Notes under the pieces: model-generated
Told to the model about the DNA's origin: nothing
Database searches by the model: none
The model's input: the letters and a program-made list of their open reading frames with translations, nothing else
Program-made: the position numbers and the translations under genes
Assembly: GCA_902489795.1 (NCBI GenBank)
Contig: CABUBU010000001.1
Location: 41,956-105,955 of the forward strand
DNA length: 64,000 nucleotides
Origin: an uncultured Azospirillum sp.
Lineage (GTDB): Bacteria; Pseudomonadota; Alphaproteobacteria; RF32; CAG-239
Direction: 5' to 3'
Part shown: positions 25,378 through 34,301 of the stretch, piece after piece
Numbering within the stretch: position 1 is the stretch's first letter
Layout of the letters: the number at the start of each line of letters is the position of its first letter

Positions 25378-25484
25378 TTCTTCCGCTGAAAAATCAGCGC
25401 TTGCAACTTAAACAATGGCGGTATTTTACCAACTAAAATATCGCCATTTTTATTCAAAACATCAGAATTGGGGAATTACGAAAA

Positions 25485-26411
25485 ATGACCGAAATTACTG
25501 CCGCAAAGGTAAAAGAATTAAGAGAATCGACCGGCGCCGGAATGCTTGACTGCAAAAAAGCTCTGGTTGAAGCAGACGGCGACATGGAAAAGGCCGTCGA
25601 CTGGCTGCGCAAAAAAGGCCTGGCCTCGGCCGCCAAGAAAGCCAGCCGCGTTGCCGCCGAAGGTCTGGTCGCGGTTGCCGTGGAAGGCAACAAAGGCGCC
25701 GTGGTCGAGGTTAACTCCGAAACCGACTTCGTTGCCAAAAACGAAATTTTCCAGGAATATGTCGAAGACGCCGCTCTGGTTGCCCTGATGAACAACGGCG
25801 AACTCTGCGATATGAAAAACTTCCAGTGCCCGAAAGTTCACAAATCTTTTGAAGAACGTCTGACCGACATGATTGCCAAAATCGGCGAAAACATGAATCT
25901 GCGCCGCGCCAAAGTGGTCGAAGTCAGCGAAGGTGTTGTTGCTCCCTACGTTCATAACGTTACCCGCAACAGCCTCGGAAAAATCGGCGTTTTGGTCGCT
26001 TTGGAATCCAAAGCGGACAAAGCCAAGCTGGCCGAACTCGGCAAACACATTGCCATGCACGTCGCCGCTTCCCAGCCGTTGTTCCTGACCATTGCCGACG
26101 TCGATCCGGCCGCGGTCGAACACGAAAAGTCGATCTTTGCCGAACAGGCCAAAGCTTCCGGCAAACCGGCCAACATCATTGAAAAAATGGTCGAAGGCCG
26201 CATTCGCAAGTACTACGATGAAGTCGTACTTGAAGAACAGGCTTACATCATGGATCCCGACAAAAAGGTTAAGCAGGTTATTGCCGACGCCGCCAAGGAA
26301 TTGGGCGCCGACATAAAAATCAAGGATTTCGCCTGCTTTAAATTGGGCGAAGGCATCCAGAAAAAAGAAGAAGACTTTGCCGCTGAAGTTGCTGCTCAGC
26401 TGAACAAATAG
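25485..26411 (+). CDS. tsf: elongation factor Ts
   Basis: UBA-like N-terminus ITAAKVKELRESTGAGMLDCKKAL and EF-Ts dimerisation domains. Confidence 0.95.
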   Translation: MTEITAAKVKELRESTGAGMLDCKKALVEADGDMEKAVDWLRKKGLASAAKKASRVAAEGLVAVAVEGNKGAVVEVNSETDFVAKNEIFQEYVEDAALVALMNNGELCDMKNFQCPKVHKSFEERLTDMIAKIGENMNLRRAKVVEVSEGVVAPYVHNVTRNSLGKIGVLVALESKADKAKLAELGKHIAMHVAASQPLFLTIADVDPAAVEHEKSIFAEQAKASGKPANIIEKMVEGRIRKYYDEVVLEEQAYIMDPDKKVKQVIADAAKELGADIKIKDFACFKLGEGIQKKEEDFAAEVAAQLNK

Positions 26412-26443
26412 TTCTTCTTTTCAAGAAGCAAAAACAACCCAAA

Positions 26444-26469
26444 ACGCTCCGGAAACGGGGCGTTTTTTG
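26444..26469 (+). terminator. intrinsic terminator after tsf
   Basis: Hairpin acgctcc-ggaaac-ggggcgt followed by T6. Confidence 0.6.
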
Positions 26470-28080
26470 TGCCCCGCCTCTGCATCGATCTCGAAGTTCT
26501 TAAAAATTTATAACAATTCCCCAACAACCCTCTCTGTTAGAATGTAATTCCTGACAATTATAAAAGCTTATGAACAAAGGGGATATAAAATAAACACACA
26601 CAAGTTAGTCCCTGAAAATAGAATGTTGTTCTCACCCCAAAATATCGCAGGAAGGCACTCTCGGAACTTATCACCAAAAATAGATTCAATATAAAGCAGA
26701 CAATTTTGGTATAAAGAATGCGACATTGATATAACAGGAAAGCCCACCGGAAGATAACCGAACATATACGGAAGCGGTTAAAAGAATCCGTAGAGTAAAG
26801 CCGGCTCACAACGAATTTTGGCCAGTTTGCCGGTAGCAAGTAATCTTGCCGGACGGAATTAAATTTATCATCCAAGCAAGACTGTTAAAATGAGACTTAT
26901 TTGTCATATGAAAACAATCGTACATATTTGTGGCACCTCAGACATTCCTTTTTCACTCCGGAAACATAACGATTGCTTAAAAGAAAAAGCGCTTTTCTTG
27001 CCGTCTGTCCTCCTCCTGCCTTTAGGCTTAATTGCATTTTTTGGATTTAATTATTCGATTCAGCCGATACGCATCTACCTTTTTGAATACCGTTTTTAAT
27101 TTGATTTTTTCAAATCATGGTTTTCCGCCTTTTATTTTTTTCTGCATCTCGGCCAGTCTGTAGCAAACTTTTCCTCCGGGGAAATCAGCAGAAGCGTACA
27201 AGGCTTTATAAATAAACATGCCTCTAAGATTTCAGAACGTTTGCCGACACCGACAAACTAATAATACAGGCCGTCTTCCGCCGCCCCTCGCATCGCCGCA
27301 CGTTGTTTTCTCGCCTTTCCGATCCTGTTCACCGCTCCCTTGCCTGACGTTTTCGTATCATCATTTTAAAAGTTCGCCTTCTCCCTCTCCTCGCAGTTCT
27401 ATTTTGAATTCATCTTAACGTTCCGAAGAAAAACAAAGGAGAAGAGAAAAAGGCGTACAAAATCAATCGGGAACAGCATAAACACAATAAAAACTTAATA
27501 CGGCAAAAACCGGTCTTCTCCTGCCGGCGGAAAAACGCCGCTCCCAAACCCCGGCACAACAAAGGGGAAACGACGAAACAAAAAGTATTTTAACCCCCAA
27601 TAGACTGTGGTCCTATAGAAAAGGCACCTTTTGGTTCCTTTTCCTTACCGCTGCAAAAGGAGCTGACCTAAATCTATCGTCCCTGCAATGCTGTATAATG
27701 TTTAATTTTTTCTTCATCTAAACCAACGCTGCTGATGGAGTATCCCCGCAACCAAAATACATTTTCTTCAAAATATACTTTGCTGAAGCCAAGTAAACTT
27801 GGCTCTTATTTGTAGAATATTGGCTTTTCAATGGTGCCATAACATCTGCTATTACATATCTTGGCGCTATTGTCATAACAAAATAAGCATGGAGCCGATC
27901 TTCTCTGTCTTACATTCGTTCTTGACAGCTTTAGCAGCCCTCTCCCCATCGGGAATGCTTCCCGTCAGCTTTAGCAGTCCAAGCAATAATTTCCTGATAT
28001 AATCCACGATACCAGTAACGATACTTATACGCCTACAAGACACGATAACTCAAACGGTAAACTTTGGTTGACCTCGTGCG
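26470..28080. other. 1.6 kb AT-rich non-coding stretch (possible decayed remnant)
   Basis: No ORF above about 100 codons in any frame, only short low-complexity ORFs, and much lower GC than the flanks. Confidence 0.5.
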
Positions 28081-28150
28081 ACTGCTATAATTCTTTATAG
28101 CACTGTCGTCCTGAGCATTAAACCACCATTAAAATGGATGGATAGCATCA
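28081..28150. repeat. truncated third copy (C) of the structured repeat family seen at 35405 and 49832
   Basis: cattaaaccaccattaaaatggatggatagcatcaaaaca aligns with the 3' part of copies A and B (..ttcaacc.c.attaaaatggggg..gcatcaa.aca). Confidence 0.4.
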
Positions 28151-28182
28151 AAACAATATGAAAAAAGAGAAAAAAGTATTTT

Positions 28183-28224
28183 TAAAACAACAACAGCCGG
28201 CCGGAAAACCGGCAGGCTGTTGTC
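28183..28224 (-). terminator. intrinsic terminator for the minus-strand paralog pair
   Basis: Long GC stem acaacagccggccgg-aaaa-ccggcaggctgttgt, with a T-rich tail on the minus strand. Confidence 0.65.
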
Positions 28225-28244
28225 ATAATAAGAAAGCACAAACG

Positions 28245-28781
28245 CTAATTGAGCAAACCGCCGCTTCTTTCCAACGAGCGGCGCATAATCTCATTGTTGA
28301 CGTAAGCAAGCATTTCGGCATCCTTTTCGTTCTTTGCGGAAGTTTCCTTCAACGCATCCGCCCAGTCGAGCAAAGCGTTGAAATCCATATCGACCAAAGC
28401 TTCGGCAATTTCTTCGGGGTCAGCTTCCGTCAATTCGGCGCTGTCGACAACCCGGTAACCGCGTTGCTCCATCTCGCGAGCCGTCAAAGCGTCGAACCTG
28501 CGAATGATTTCAATCGTCTGCCGTTGGTTTTCCGTCAGATTTTCCTGTTGAGACATCACAATCAGTGCCATCCGCAACTTTAACCCCAAACAACACAAAG
28601 CATTGTCGTCCAATGCGGTAATCGTTACGCTTTCCAGCTCTTTTAACAGCTGATCAACGTTAATGTTCATGTGCAGCATTTCCATAATATCAAAATTTAA
28701 AACGTTTTTAATATGCTTAAATATCCAAACTTTGATCGGAAAACCGGCCGTCCGCAACGGAAAAGCAGGTTTCCCGTTCAA
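28245..28781 (-). CDS. hypothetical acidic protein, paralog of the upstream gene (P2)
   Basis: Aligns with 28782-29219 (LKEL.., RGYRVVDSAELTEAD vs RGILIVDASELIVGH, and the C-terminal ..RRSLERSGG vs ..ARRGGSGG). Start is uncertain: TTG at 28781 abutting the P1 stop, or ATG at 28685. Confidence 0.5.
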   Translation of the reverse strand: MNGKPAFPLRTAGFPIKVWIFKHIKNVLNFDIMEMLHMNINVDQLLKELESVTITALDDNALCCLGLKLRMALIVMSQQENLTENQRQTIEIIRRFDALTAREMEQRGYRVVDSAELTEADPEEIAEALVDMDFNALLDWADALKETSAKNEKDAEMLAYVNNEIMRRSLERSGGLLN

Positions 28782-29219
28782 TCAGGCCATACCGCCGCTG
28801 CCGCCGCGCCGGGCAATTTCCTCATAAACCAGCCTTTTCAAAACCTGAAAAGGATCGTGTTTATGCAAGGATTTGGTCATTTCTTCCAACTCGTCTACCA
28901 ATCGCACCAGATATTGTAGAGAAAATTCTTTCAAAACTTCCACAATATCGGCCTCATGACCAACGATCAGTTCACTTGCATCTACAATAAGAATACCGCG
29001 TTTTTTCAGCTCGCACTCTATCTTTTCCAAATAATGGACAAAACCGTTAACCATTGTTCTTTCAAACGGAAGCAGTCGCTCCTGCTTGTCATAAACAGAA
29101 ACAATAACTTTTGTGTAAATCGCCAGCGTTATCAACTCACCGTCATAACACTTTACAAAGTCTTTTGTTGTCAATTCCTGCAAAAATTTAGGAACAGCCA
29201 GTCTTTCTTCTTTTTCCAT
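28782..29219 (-). CDS. hypothetical acidic protein (P1), tandem paralog
   Basis: 145-aa ORF in the AT-rich island with no recognisable family, followed immediately by its paralog. Confidence 0.5.
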   Translation of the reverse strand: MEKEERLAVPKFLQELTTKDFVKCYDGELITLAIYTKVIVSVYDKQERLLPFERTMVNGFVHYLEKIECELKKRGILIVDASELIVGHEADIVEVLKEFSLQYLVRLVDELEEMTKSLHKHDPFQVLKRLVYEEIARRGGSGGMA

Positions 29220-29296
29220 ATAAATAAGATTAATAATTATTTTACATAGCGGTCATTATGCCAAATACTGGACAAAAATCAATATTTTTTTACAAA

Positions 29297-30424
29297 CTAA
29301 GCGGCAAAAAGATCCTTGATCTTTTCAAAAAAGCTCTTTTCCGCCGGCTGACAGCCATCGTCGCCGCTGATGCTGCGGAACTCTTCCAGCAGTTCCTTTT
29401 GCCGCGGATTGAGGTTGACCGGCGTTTCCACCTTAAATTCCACCCACAGGTCGCCTTTGTCGACCGAACGAATCTTCGGCATTCCCTCGCCTTTAATCTT
29501 CAAACGCTGGCCGCTTTGGGTACCGGCAGCAACCTTAACTTCTATCTTGTGTCCGTCAATGCCCGGAATTTCTATCGAACCGCCGAGCGCGGCACAGGCC
29601 ATCGACACCGGAATCTGCACGAACAAATCCGCCCCCTGCCGGCTGTAAAGCTTGTGTTCGCGAACGGTGACGAAAATATACAGGTCGCCGTTCGTACCGC
29701 CGCCGACACCGGGCATGCCTTCGCCGGCCAGCCGGATTCGGGTACCGTCGTCAATACCGGCAGGCACCTTGATTTTCAGTTCCTTGGTATAAGGCACGGT
29801 TCCCGCGCCTTTGCACTCCGGACAGGCGTCTTTTACCTTACGGCCGCGGCCGCCGCAGTCGGGGCATACCGTTTCCATAATCATAAACCCGTGCTGACGA
29901 TGAACGCGCCCGCTGCCGCGACAGGTCGGACAAACCGGCGGTTCCTTGCCGTCCTTGGTTCCGAACCCGTTACATTTGTCGCAAACCTTTTCCGTCGGAA
30001 AAGAAATTTCCTTTTCCAGTCCGTTAAAGGCGTCTTCCAGCGAAATCTCCAGATCATAGCGCAAATCCTCGCCGTCGCTTCCGGCAGAAGCCCGGTTTGA
30101 GCGGCGCCCACCGCCCATAAAATCGGAAAAGACCTCGGAAAAAATATCGCCGAAACCGCTGCCGAAATTAAAGTCAAACGGATTGGCACCGCCACCTTGT
30201 TCAAACGCCGCATGGCCGTAACGGTCATAGGCCGCACGCTTCTGATCGTCTTTTAAAATCTCGTAGGCTTCGTTGATTTCCTTAAATTTCGCTTCCGCTT
30301 CGGCATTTCCCTGATTGCGGTCGGGATGGTATTTCATTGCCAGCCGGCGGTATGACTTTTTGATCTCCTCAACGGTTGCCCCTTTCGCAACCTCCAGAGT
30401 TTCATAGTAGTCCTGTTTGCTCAT
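29297..30424 (-). CDS. dnaJ: molecular chaperone DnaJ (type I: J domain, G/F region, four CxxCxGxG repeats, C-terminal domain)
   Basis: MSKQDYYETLEV..HPDRN J-domain, four Cys repeats and the C-terminal domain. Start is at MSKQ, 27 codons inside the track ORF. There is no dnaK upstream. Confidence 0.92.
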   Translation of the reverse strand: MSKQDYYETLEVAKGATVEEIKKSYRRLAMKYHPDRNQGNAEAEAKFKEINEAYEILKDDQKRAAYDRYGHAAFEQGGGANPFDFNFGSGFGDIFSEVFSDFMGGGRRSNRASAGSDGEDLRYDLEISLEDAFNGLEKEISFPTEKVCDKCNGFGTKDGKEPPVCPTCRGSGRVHRQHGFMIMETVCPDCGGRGRKVKDACPECKGAGTVPYTKELKIKVPAGIDDGTRIRLAGEGMPGVGGGTNGDLYIFVTVREHKLYSRQGADLFVQIPVSMACAALGGSIEIPGIDGHKIEVKVAAGTQSGQRLKIKGEGMPKIRSVDKGDLWVEFKVETPVNLNPRQKELLEEFRSISGDDGCQPAEKSFFEKIKDLFAA

Positions 30425-30585
30425 AACTTTTGCGCTTTCTTTAAAAATGACTTGTTTTGATTGAATATTTAGGGTGTTTATAACCGAAACGCAAGGCTTT
30501 TGCAAGCCGCGATTAGCAAATTTGCCGGCTTTAAAAACGATAAAAACGGATTATCTGATTATTATCAACATTAACGGAGACAATT

Positions 30586-30816
30586 ATGGAAAGAAAAACC
30601 AAAATCAAAGACATGTCATACCTATCCTATGAGGAAGACGACGAAAAGGATTTTCACGTCAAAACCGTCGCCGACGAAACGCTGATCACCCCGAACGGCG
30701 GCCTTGACGATGAAGAGGAGTTTGTCTGTGACATGCACAATTTCGGCGACAGTGACGATCTGCCCGTCAGCGACCGGGCGATGATGACTTCCCGCCAACG
30801 CTGCGATTATCCGTAA
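30586..30816 (+). CDS. hypothetical small acidic protein
   Basis: 76 aa, D/E-rich, preceded by RBS acggagac, next to an AT-rich segment by the tRNA. Confidence 0.35.
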   Translation: MERKTKIKDMSYLSYEEDDEKDFHVKTVADETLITPNGGLDDEEEFVCDMHNFGDSDDLPVSDRAMMTSRQRCDYP

Positions 30817-30960
30817 AAAATGCGCTATAACAGGTAATAGCGGATTATATCGGATAATAAAACATCTTAACATGTATAATCGTATACATTTATGACAAAA
30901 AGACGACAGCAATAAAATTTCGCGCCCTCCCGGGGTCGAGTCCCAAAATCATATTGCCAT

Positions 30961-30990
30961 AAAAAAAACCGTCGCAGGGACGGTTTTTTT
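30961..30990. terminator. bidirectional terminator downstream of tRNA-Arg
   Basis: A8, hairpin ccgtc-gcagg-gacgg, then T8. Confidence 0.55.
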
Positions 30991-30992
30991 TA

Positions 30993-31069
30993 TGGCGTCA
31001 GCGGCGGGACTCGAACCCACTGCCCCAGGTTTAGGAAACCTGTGCTCTATCCTGATGAGCTACGCTGAC
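30993..31069 (-). tRNA. tRNA-Arg (anticodon CCU)
   Basis: Manual cloverleaf: acceptor GTCAGCG/CGCTGAC, D-arm GCTC..GAGC with GG, anticodon stem CAGGT/ACCTG with loop TTCCTAA, T-arm GTGGG-TTCGAGT-CCCGC, discriminator G, encoded CCA. Confidence 0.85.
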
Positions 31070-31112
31070 CTCAAACAAGGACGGATTATAACCGCACTTT
31101 TTGCAAAATCAA

Positions 31113-31514
31113 TCATTCTTCGTCATCTATCCACGATTTCAAACTGGCCACCTCCGCTTTAAAGTCGGATTTCACCCCCGACCAAAACTCGCGGAAATCA
31201 GTCTTTTTCCAAGTGGTAACCAGCCAGTAGGCGCCGACCGACACAATTACCAGCACTCCGATCGTAAATCCGCAGGCCAGCAACCAGACGATTGTCATCC
31301 CCACCGAAAGCGCCAGAATCAACCCGCGGGAATAGTCGACGCCCTTGACATAATGGATGGAGTATATGAACATGGCCAGCAAAAGCGCAATGCCGAGCAT
31401 CGACCCCCAGCGTGCCACCGGGCCGTATCCGTCGATTTTGAGGTTGAGCACCCATACGCAGCCGGCCGTCAGCAAGCCGCAGATAATCAACCCCGCCGTT
31501 AGCATTGTACTCAT
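31113..31514 (-). CDS. small polytopic membrane protein with holin-like topology
   Basis: 133 aa, 4 TM helices and a charged C-terminal tail, adjacent and divergent to the lysozyme gene and beside the tRNA. Confidence 0.4.
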   Translation of the reverse strand: MSTMLTAGLIICGLLTAGCVWVLNLKIDGYGPVARWGSMLGIALLLAMFIYSIHYVKGVDYSRGLILALSVGMTIVWLLACGFTIGVLVIVSVGAYWLVTTWKKTDFREFWSGVKSDFKAEVASLKSWIDDEE

Positions 31515-31679
31515 TTTATCCGAAGTCTTGGTTGTTGGTTAACGATCAGCATTAACGTGTTATGTTAGCGTATTTTCACCGTTATGTCCAGTTCTTTGTT
31601 GCCGGCCGAAAAGCCCGAAAAACAACTTTATTTTTCCCTTGCCCCGGTTATAATGACAAACATCGGAAAGGAGAATAAA

Positions 31680-31970
31680 ATGGGCAAATTGCAGACGTTT
31701 CTGGCTTCGGCCATAATCGGGCTTTCGCCGGCGGGCGGCGGCAATCTCAACGCACAGACGACCGAACCGCAGTGGCCGAAAACGGAAAAAACAGAAAAAA
31801 CCGATGTTTTCGCCAGGTTTCGCATGGCAGAAAAGCACGCGCTGCCATTGCTTGTTTTTTCGAAGGCTGTTCGCTCAAAGCTTATAACGACTGCAACGAC
31901 ATTGCCACCATCGGCATCGGCAACACTACGTTTCCCGACGGACGCCGGGTTACCCTCAAAGACCGGCTGA
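31680..31970 (+). CDS. short ORF encoding a signal-peptide or SAR-like (Gly/Ala-rich weak TM) N-terminus, one frame off the lysozyme
   Basis: Strong RBS aaggagaataaaATG. MGKLQTFLASAIIGLSPAGGGN.. The frame continues 97 codons over the lysozyme's 5' part. Confidence 0.35.
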   Translation: MGKLQTFLASAIIGLSPAGGGNLNAQTTEPQWPKTEKTEKTDVFARFRMAEKHALPLLVFSKAVRSKLITTATTLPPSASATLRFPTDAGLPSKTG

Positions 31971-32572
31971 AAGACAACCGCGAAATGTATGAGATGGTTC
32001 GCGCCTACCTGGAAAAATACGCCTACCCGCTGATTGACAGATATGTCACCCGCCGGCTGGAGACGGAAGAAATGGCGGCTCTCATCAGCCTCACGTACAA
32101 CTGCGGCGCCAAAATTCTGCAAAACCGGGGACGCCCTTCGCAAATCGCTCGGTTGATCAACGCCGGCGGCTCGGTCGAAAATCTGTCCCGCGCTTTTTTG
32201 CGCAAGGCTTACTCCCGCAAAGGCTTTAACAACGGGCTGGCGGTGCGCCGCTGCATGGAAGTCCTCTACGCCAAAAGACTTCTGACCTATGAGGATTTTC
32301 AAAACTTTTACGTCTGCAGTTACGACAAGCTGAATTACCAGGGCTTGACCTTGTACGGCAAAAGCGGCCGCGTTGTCAAAACCGACGGCGAGGCTCTCGC
32401 TCGCGTCCGCCGCGTCTGCGGCACCACTCCTGACCGGGAAACCTGCCAAAAGAGGGAATGGTTCGGCGGCGACCGCCGGGTCAGCCTGTTCACGCCGGCA
32501 GAAAACCCAAAACGGCCGCCGGCTCTGAAACTGAACCCGATTCTGTTCGCCTACCGCGTCAACCGACGTTAA
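31772..32572 (+). CDS. phage-type lysozyme (GH24, T4/lambda-R-like) with a roughly 100-aa C-terminal extension
   Basis: Catalytic E-x8-D-x5-T triad in FFEGCSLKAYNDCNDIATIGIGNT. Only a GTG start without an SD is available in this frame, which is open back to 31679. Confidence 0.65.
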   Translation: MAENGKNRKNRCFRQVSHGRKARAAIACFFEGCSLKAYNDCNDIATIGIGNTTFPDGRRVTLKDRLKDNREMYEMVRAYLEKYAYPLIDRYVTRRLETEEMAALISLTYNCGAKILQNRGRPSQIARLINAGGSVENLSRAFLRKAYSRKGFNNGLAVRRCMEVLYAKRLLTYEDFQNFYVCSYDKLNYQGLTLYGKSGRVVKTDGEALARVRRVCGTTPDRETCQKREWFGGDRRVSLFTPAENPKRPPALKLNPILFAYRVNRR

Positions 32573-33681
32573 AAACCGTTTTCCGCCAGCCGCTGCAAAA
32601 ACCTCCTTTGAATCTCGGCCAGCTGTTCGACCGACTGCCAGACGACGTATTCGCCGGCCGCATGCATGCCGTCGCCGCTGCCCGAATGCATGATCACCAC
32701 CGAGCCGCGTTCGGCAAATGCGCGGGAATCCGTCGCGCCGCCGATATATTCAAACTCAAGCGGCTGTCCCAGATATTCTTCCGCCAACTGCTTGTAAGCG
32801 CGGATATGAGGATTGTTTTCATCCATCACCACCGCTCTGCCGGCAGAGATGATCCGCCAGTCGACGCCTTCAACCGCCGCTTTTTGCAGATTTTCCTCCA
32901 GCCCGGTAAGGGTCGACTTTTCCGTCAGGCGGAAATCGAGCAGCGCCTCGGCATGGTTGGCTATGACATTGGCCACCGCGCCGCCTTCGATTTTGGCAAA
33001 ATGAACCGTGTCAACCCAGGTGTCGGCCGGTTTCGGCATTTTTTTGCTGTAATAGGGATAAAATTTGCGGATATTTTGCCAGGTCTGCATCAGCTGTTCG
33101 TTGGCGTCGATTCCTTCCCACGGGGTGGATCCGTGCGCCTCTTTGCCTTCCGACGTCAGCTTGACGAAAACCGGGCTTTTGCAGCGGGCGACGATTTTGT
33201 TGATGCTGCCGGCAACGTCGACGTCAAACACGATTTTGGCCTGAAGATCGGGATTGTCCTTTAAGAACGCTTCCAGCCCGAAACTGCCTTTCTCTTCGTC
33301 GGAAGAAAGCAGCACACCGAACTTAAGCGGCAGCTTTTCTTTGATGACATATTCGAGCGAAGCAAGCCCGACCGCGGCAAAAGACTTCATGTCAAGGGTG
33401 CCGCGGCCAAACATTTTGCCGTCTTTCTCATAGGGAATAAACATATTGTCGGCGGCCGGCACCACGTCGATATGCCCGACCGCGAGAACGTCGAAATCGC
33501 GCTTTTCGCCGTTTGTCAGCAGCATTACCGGCGCCAGCGCGTCCTTTTTGTAAATTTCAACCGCCGCACCCATTTCGTCCGCCAGCTTGGAAAGATAGCA
33601 CATGCACCGGTCGATCTCCGGCAGATTGCCCGTTTCCGTGCGGAATTTAATCAGTTCCGCCGCCGTTTTCCGTAAATCCAT
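32569..33681 (-). CDS. M20-family metallopeptidase / deacylase (DapE/ArgE-like)
   Basis: HIDVVP.., GRGTLDMK and ..SDEEKGS metal-binding motifs. The start at MDLRK lies 19 codons inside the track ORF. Confidence 0.75.
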   Translation of the reverse strand: MDLRKTAAELIKFRTETGNLPEIDRCMCYLSKLADEMGAAVEIYKKDALAPVMLLTNGEKRDFDVLAVGHIDVVPAADNMFIPYEKDGKMFGRGTLDMKSFAAVGLASLEYVIKEKLPLKFGVLLSSDEEKGSFGLEAFLKDNPDLQAKIVFDVDVAGSINKIVARCKSPVFVKLTSEGKEAHGSTPWEGIDANEQLMQTWQNIRKFYPYYSKKMPKPADTWVDTVHFAKIEGGAVANVIANHAEALLDFRLTEKSTLTGLEENLQKAAVEGVDWRIISAGRAVVMDENNPHIRAYKQLAEEYLGQPLEFEYIGGATDSRAFAERGSVVIMHSGSGDGMHAAGEYVVWQSVEQLAEIQRRFLQRLAENGF

Positions 33682-33780
33682 TTTTTTCTCCTTCGGTTGC
33701 CTGAATTTTACCTTTTGTTTATCATATATGGGTATCATTACGCCAATTATGATAAAAAAGCATTAATGAGGACAAAAGAG

Positions 33781-34284
33781 ATGAAAACATTTTTAAGCGC
33801 CGTACTGGCCGTTTGTCTGTTTGCCCTTCCCGTTTCCGCGCAAAACGGAGACGACGGCGATTCAGGCCGCAGTCTGCCGCGGATGGCCTCACTGCGTTCC
33901 AAACTGGTCAACGCCCGTTCCGGTCCCGGCTCCCGTTACCCGATCGAATGGGTATACAAACAAAAGAACGCACCGGTCGAAATCATTGCCGAATTTGACC
34001 TGTGGCGCCAGATACGCGACTGGGAAGGCTCGGAAACCTGGGTCTACAAGCCGATGTTAAGCAGCCAGCGCTGGATCAAAATGACCAACAAAGGCACCAG
34101 CAGCATCTACGCCAAGCCGGAACACGACGCCAAAGTGATTGCCAAAGTCGAAGACCAGGTGATCGGCAAGGTGGAAAAATGTCCGGAAGACAAGGATTTT
34201 TGCCTGATCAAATTCGCCTCGATCGAAGGCTGGGTTCAAAGGGAGGACTTTTTCGGAGTTTATCCCGGAGAAACGATTAACTGA
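33781..34284 (+). CDS. secreted tandem SH3-like (DUF1058) domain protein
   Basis: Signal peptide followed by VNARSGPGSRYPIEWVY..W.QIRDWEG..WV, repeated twice. RBS gagga. Confidence 0.7.
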   Translation: MKTFLSAVLAVCLFALPVSAQNGDDGDSGRSLPRMASLRSKLVNARSGPGSRYPIEWVYKQKNAPVEIIAEFDLWRQIRDWEGSETWVYKPMLSSQRWIKMTNKGTSSIYAKPEHDAKVIAKVEDQVIGKVEKCPEDKDFCLIKFASIEGWVQREDFFGVYPGETIN

Positions 34285-34301
34285 AACCGCAGGATTAACC
34301 G

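Noticed and set aside
28158-28583. 141-aa plus-strand ORF overlapping the P2 paralog gene
   Set aside because: It overlaps the terminator hairpin and the minus-strand gene, which has a paralog as support. It shows no motifs.
30425-30505. Longer dnaJ start (track ORF extends 27 codons upstream)
   Set aside because: The J-domain begins at MSKQDYYETL, which is the conserved DnaJ N-terminus. The upstream extension has no SD and is AT-rich non-coding-like.
30930-30960. gggtcgagtccc fragment resembling a tRNA T-arm, considered as an attR-like partial duplication of tRNA-Arg
   Set aside because: The match covers only about 12-15 nt of the most common tRNA motif (GGTTCGAnTCC) and is in inverted orientation. 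That is insufficient to call an integration-site repeat.
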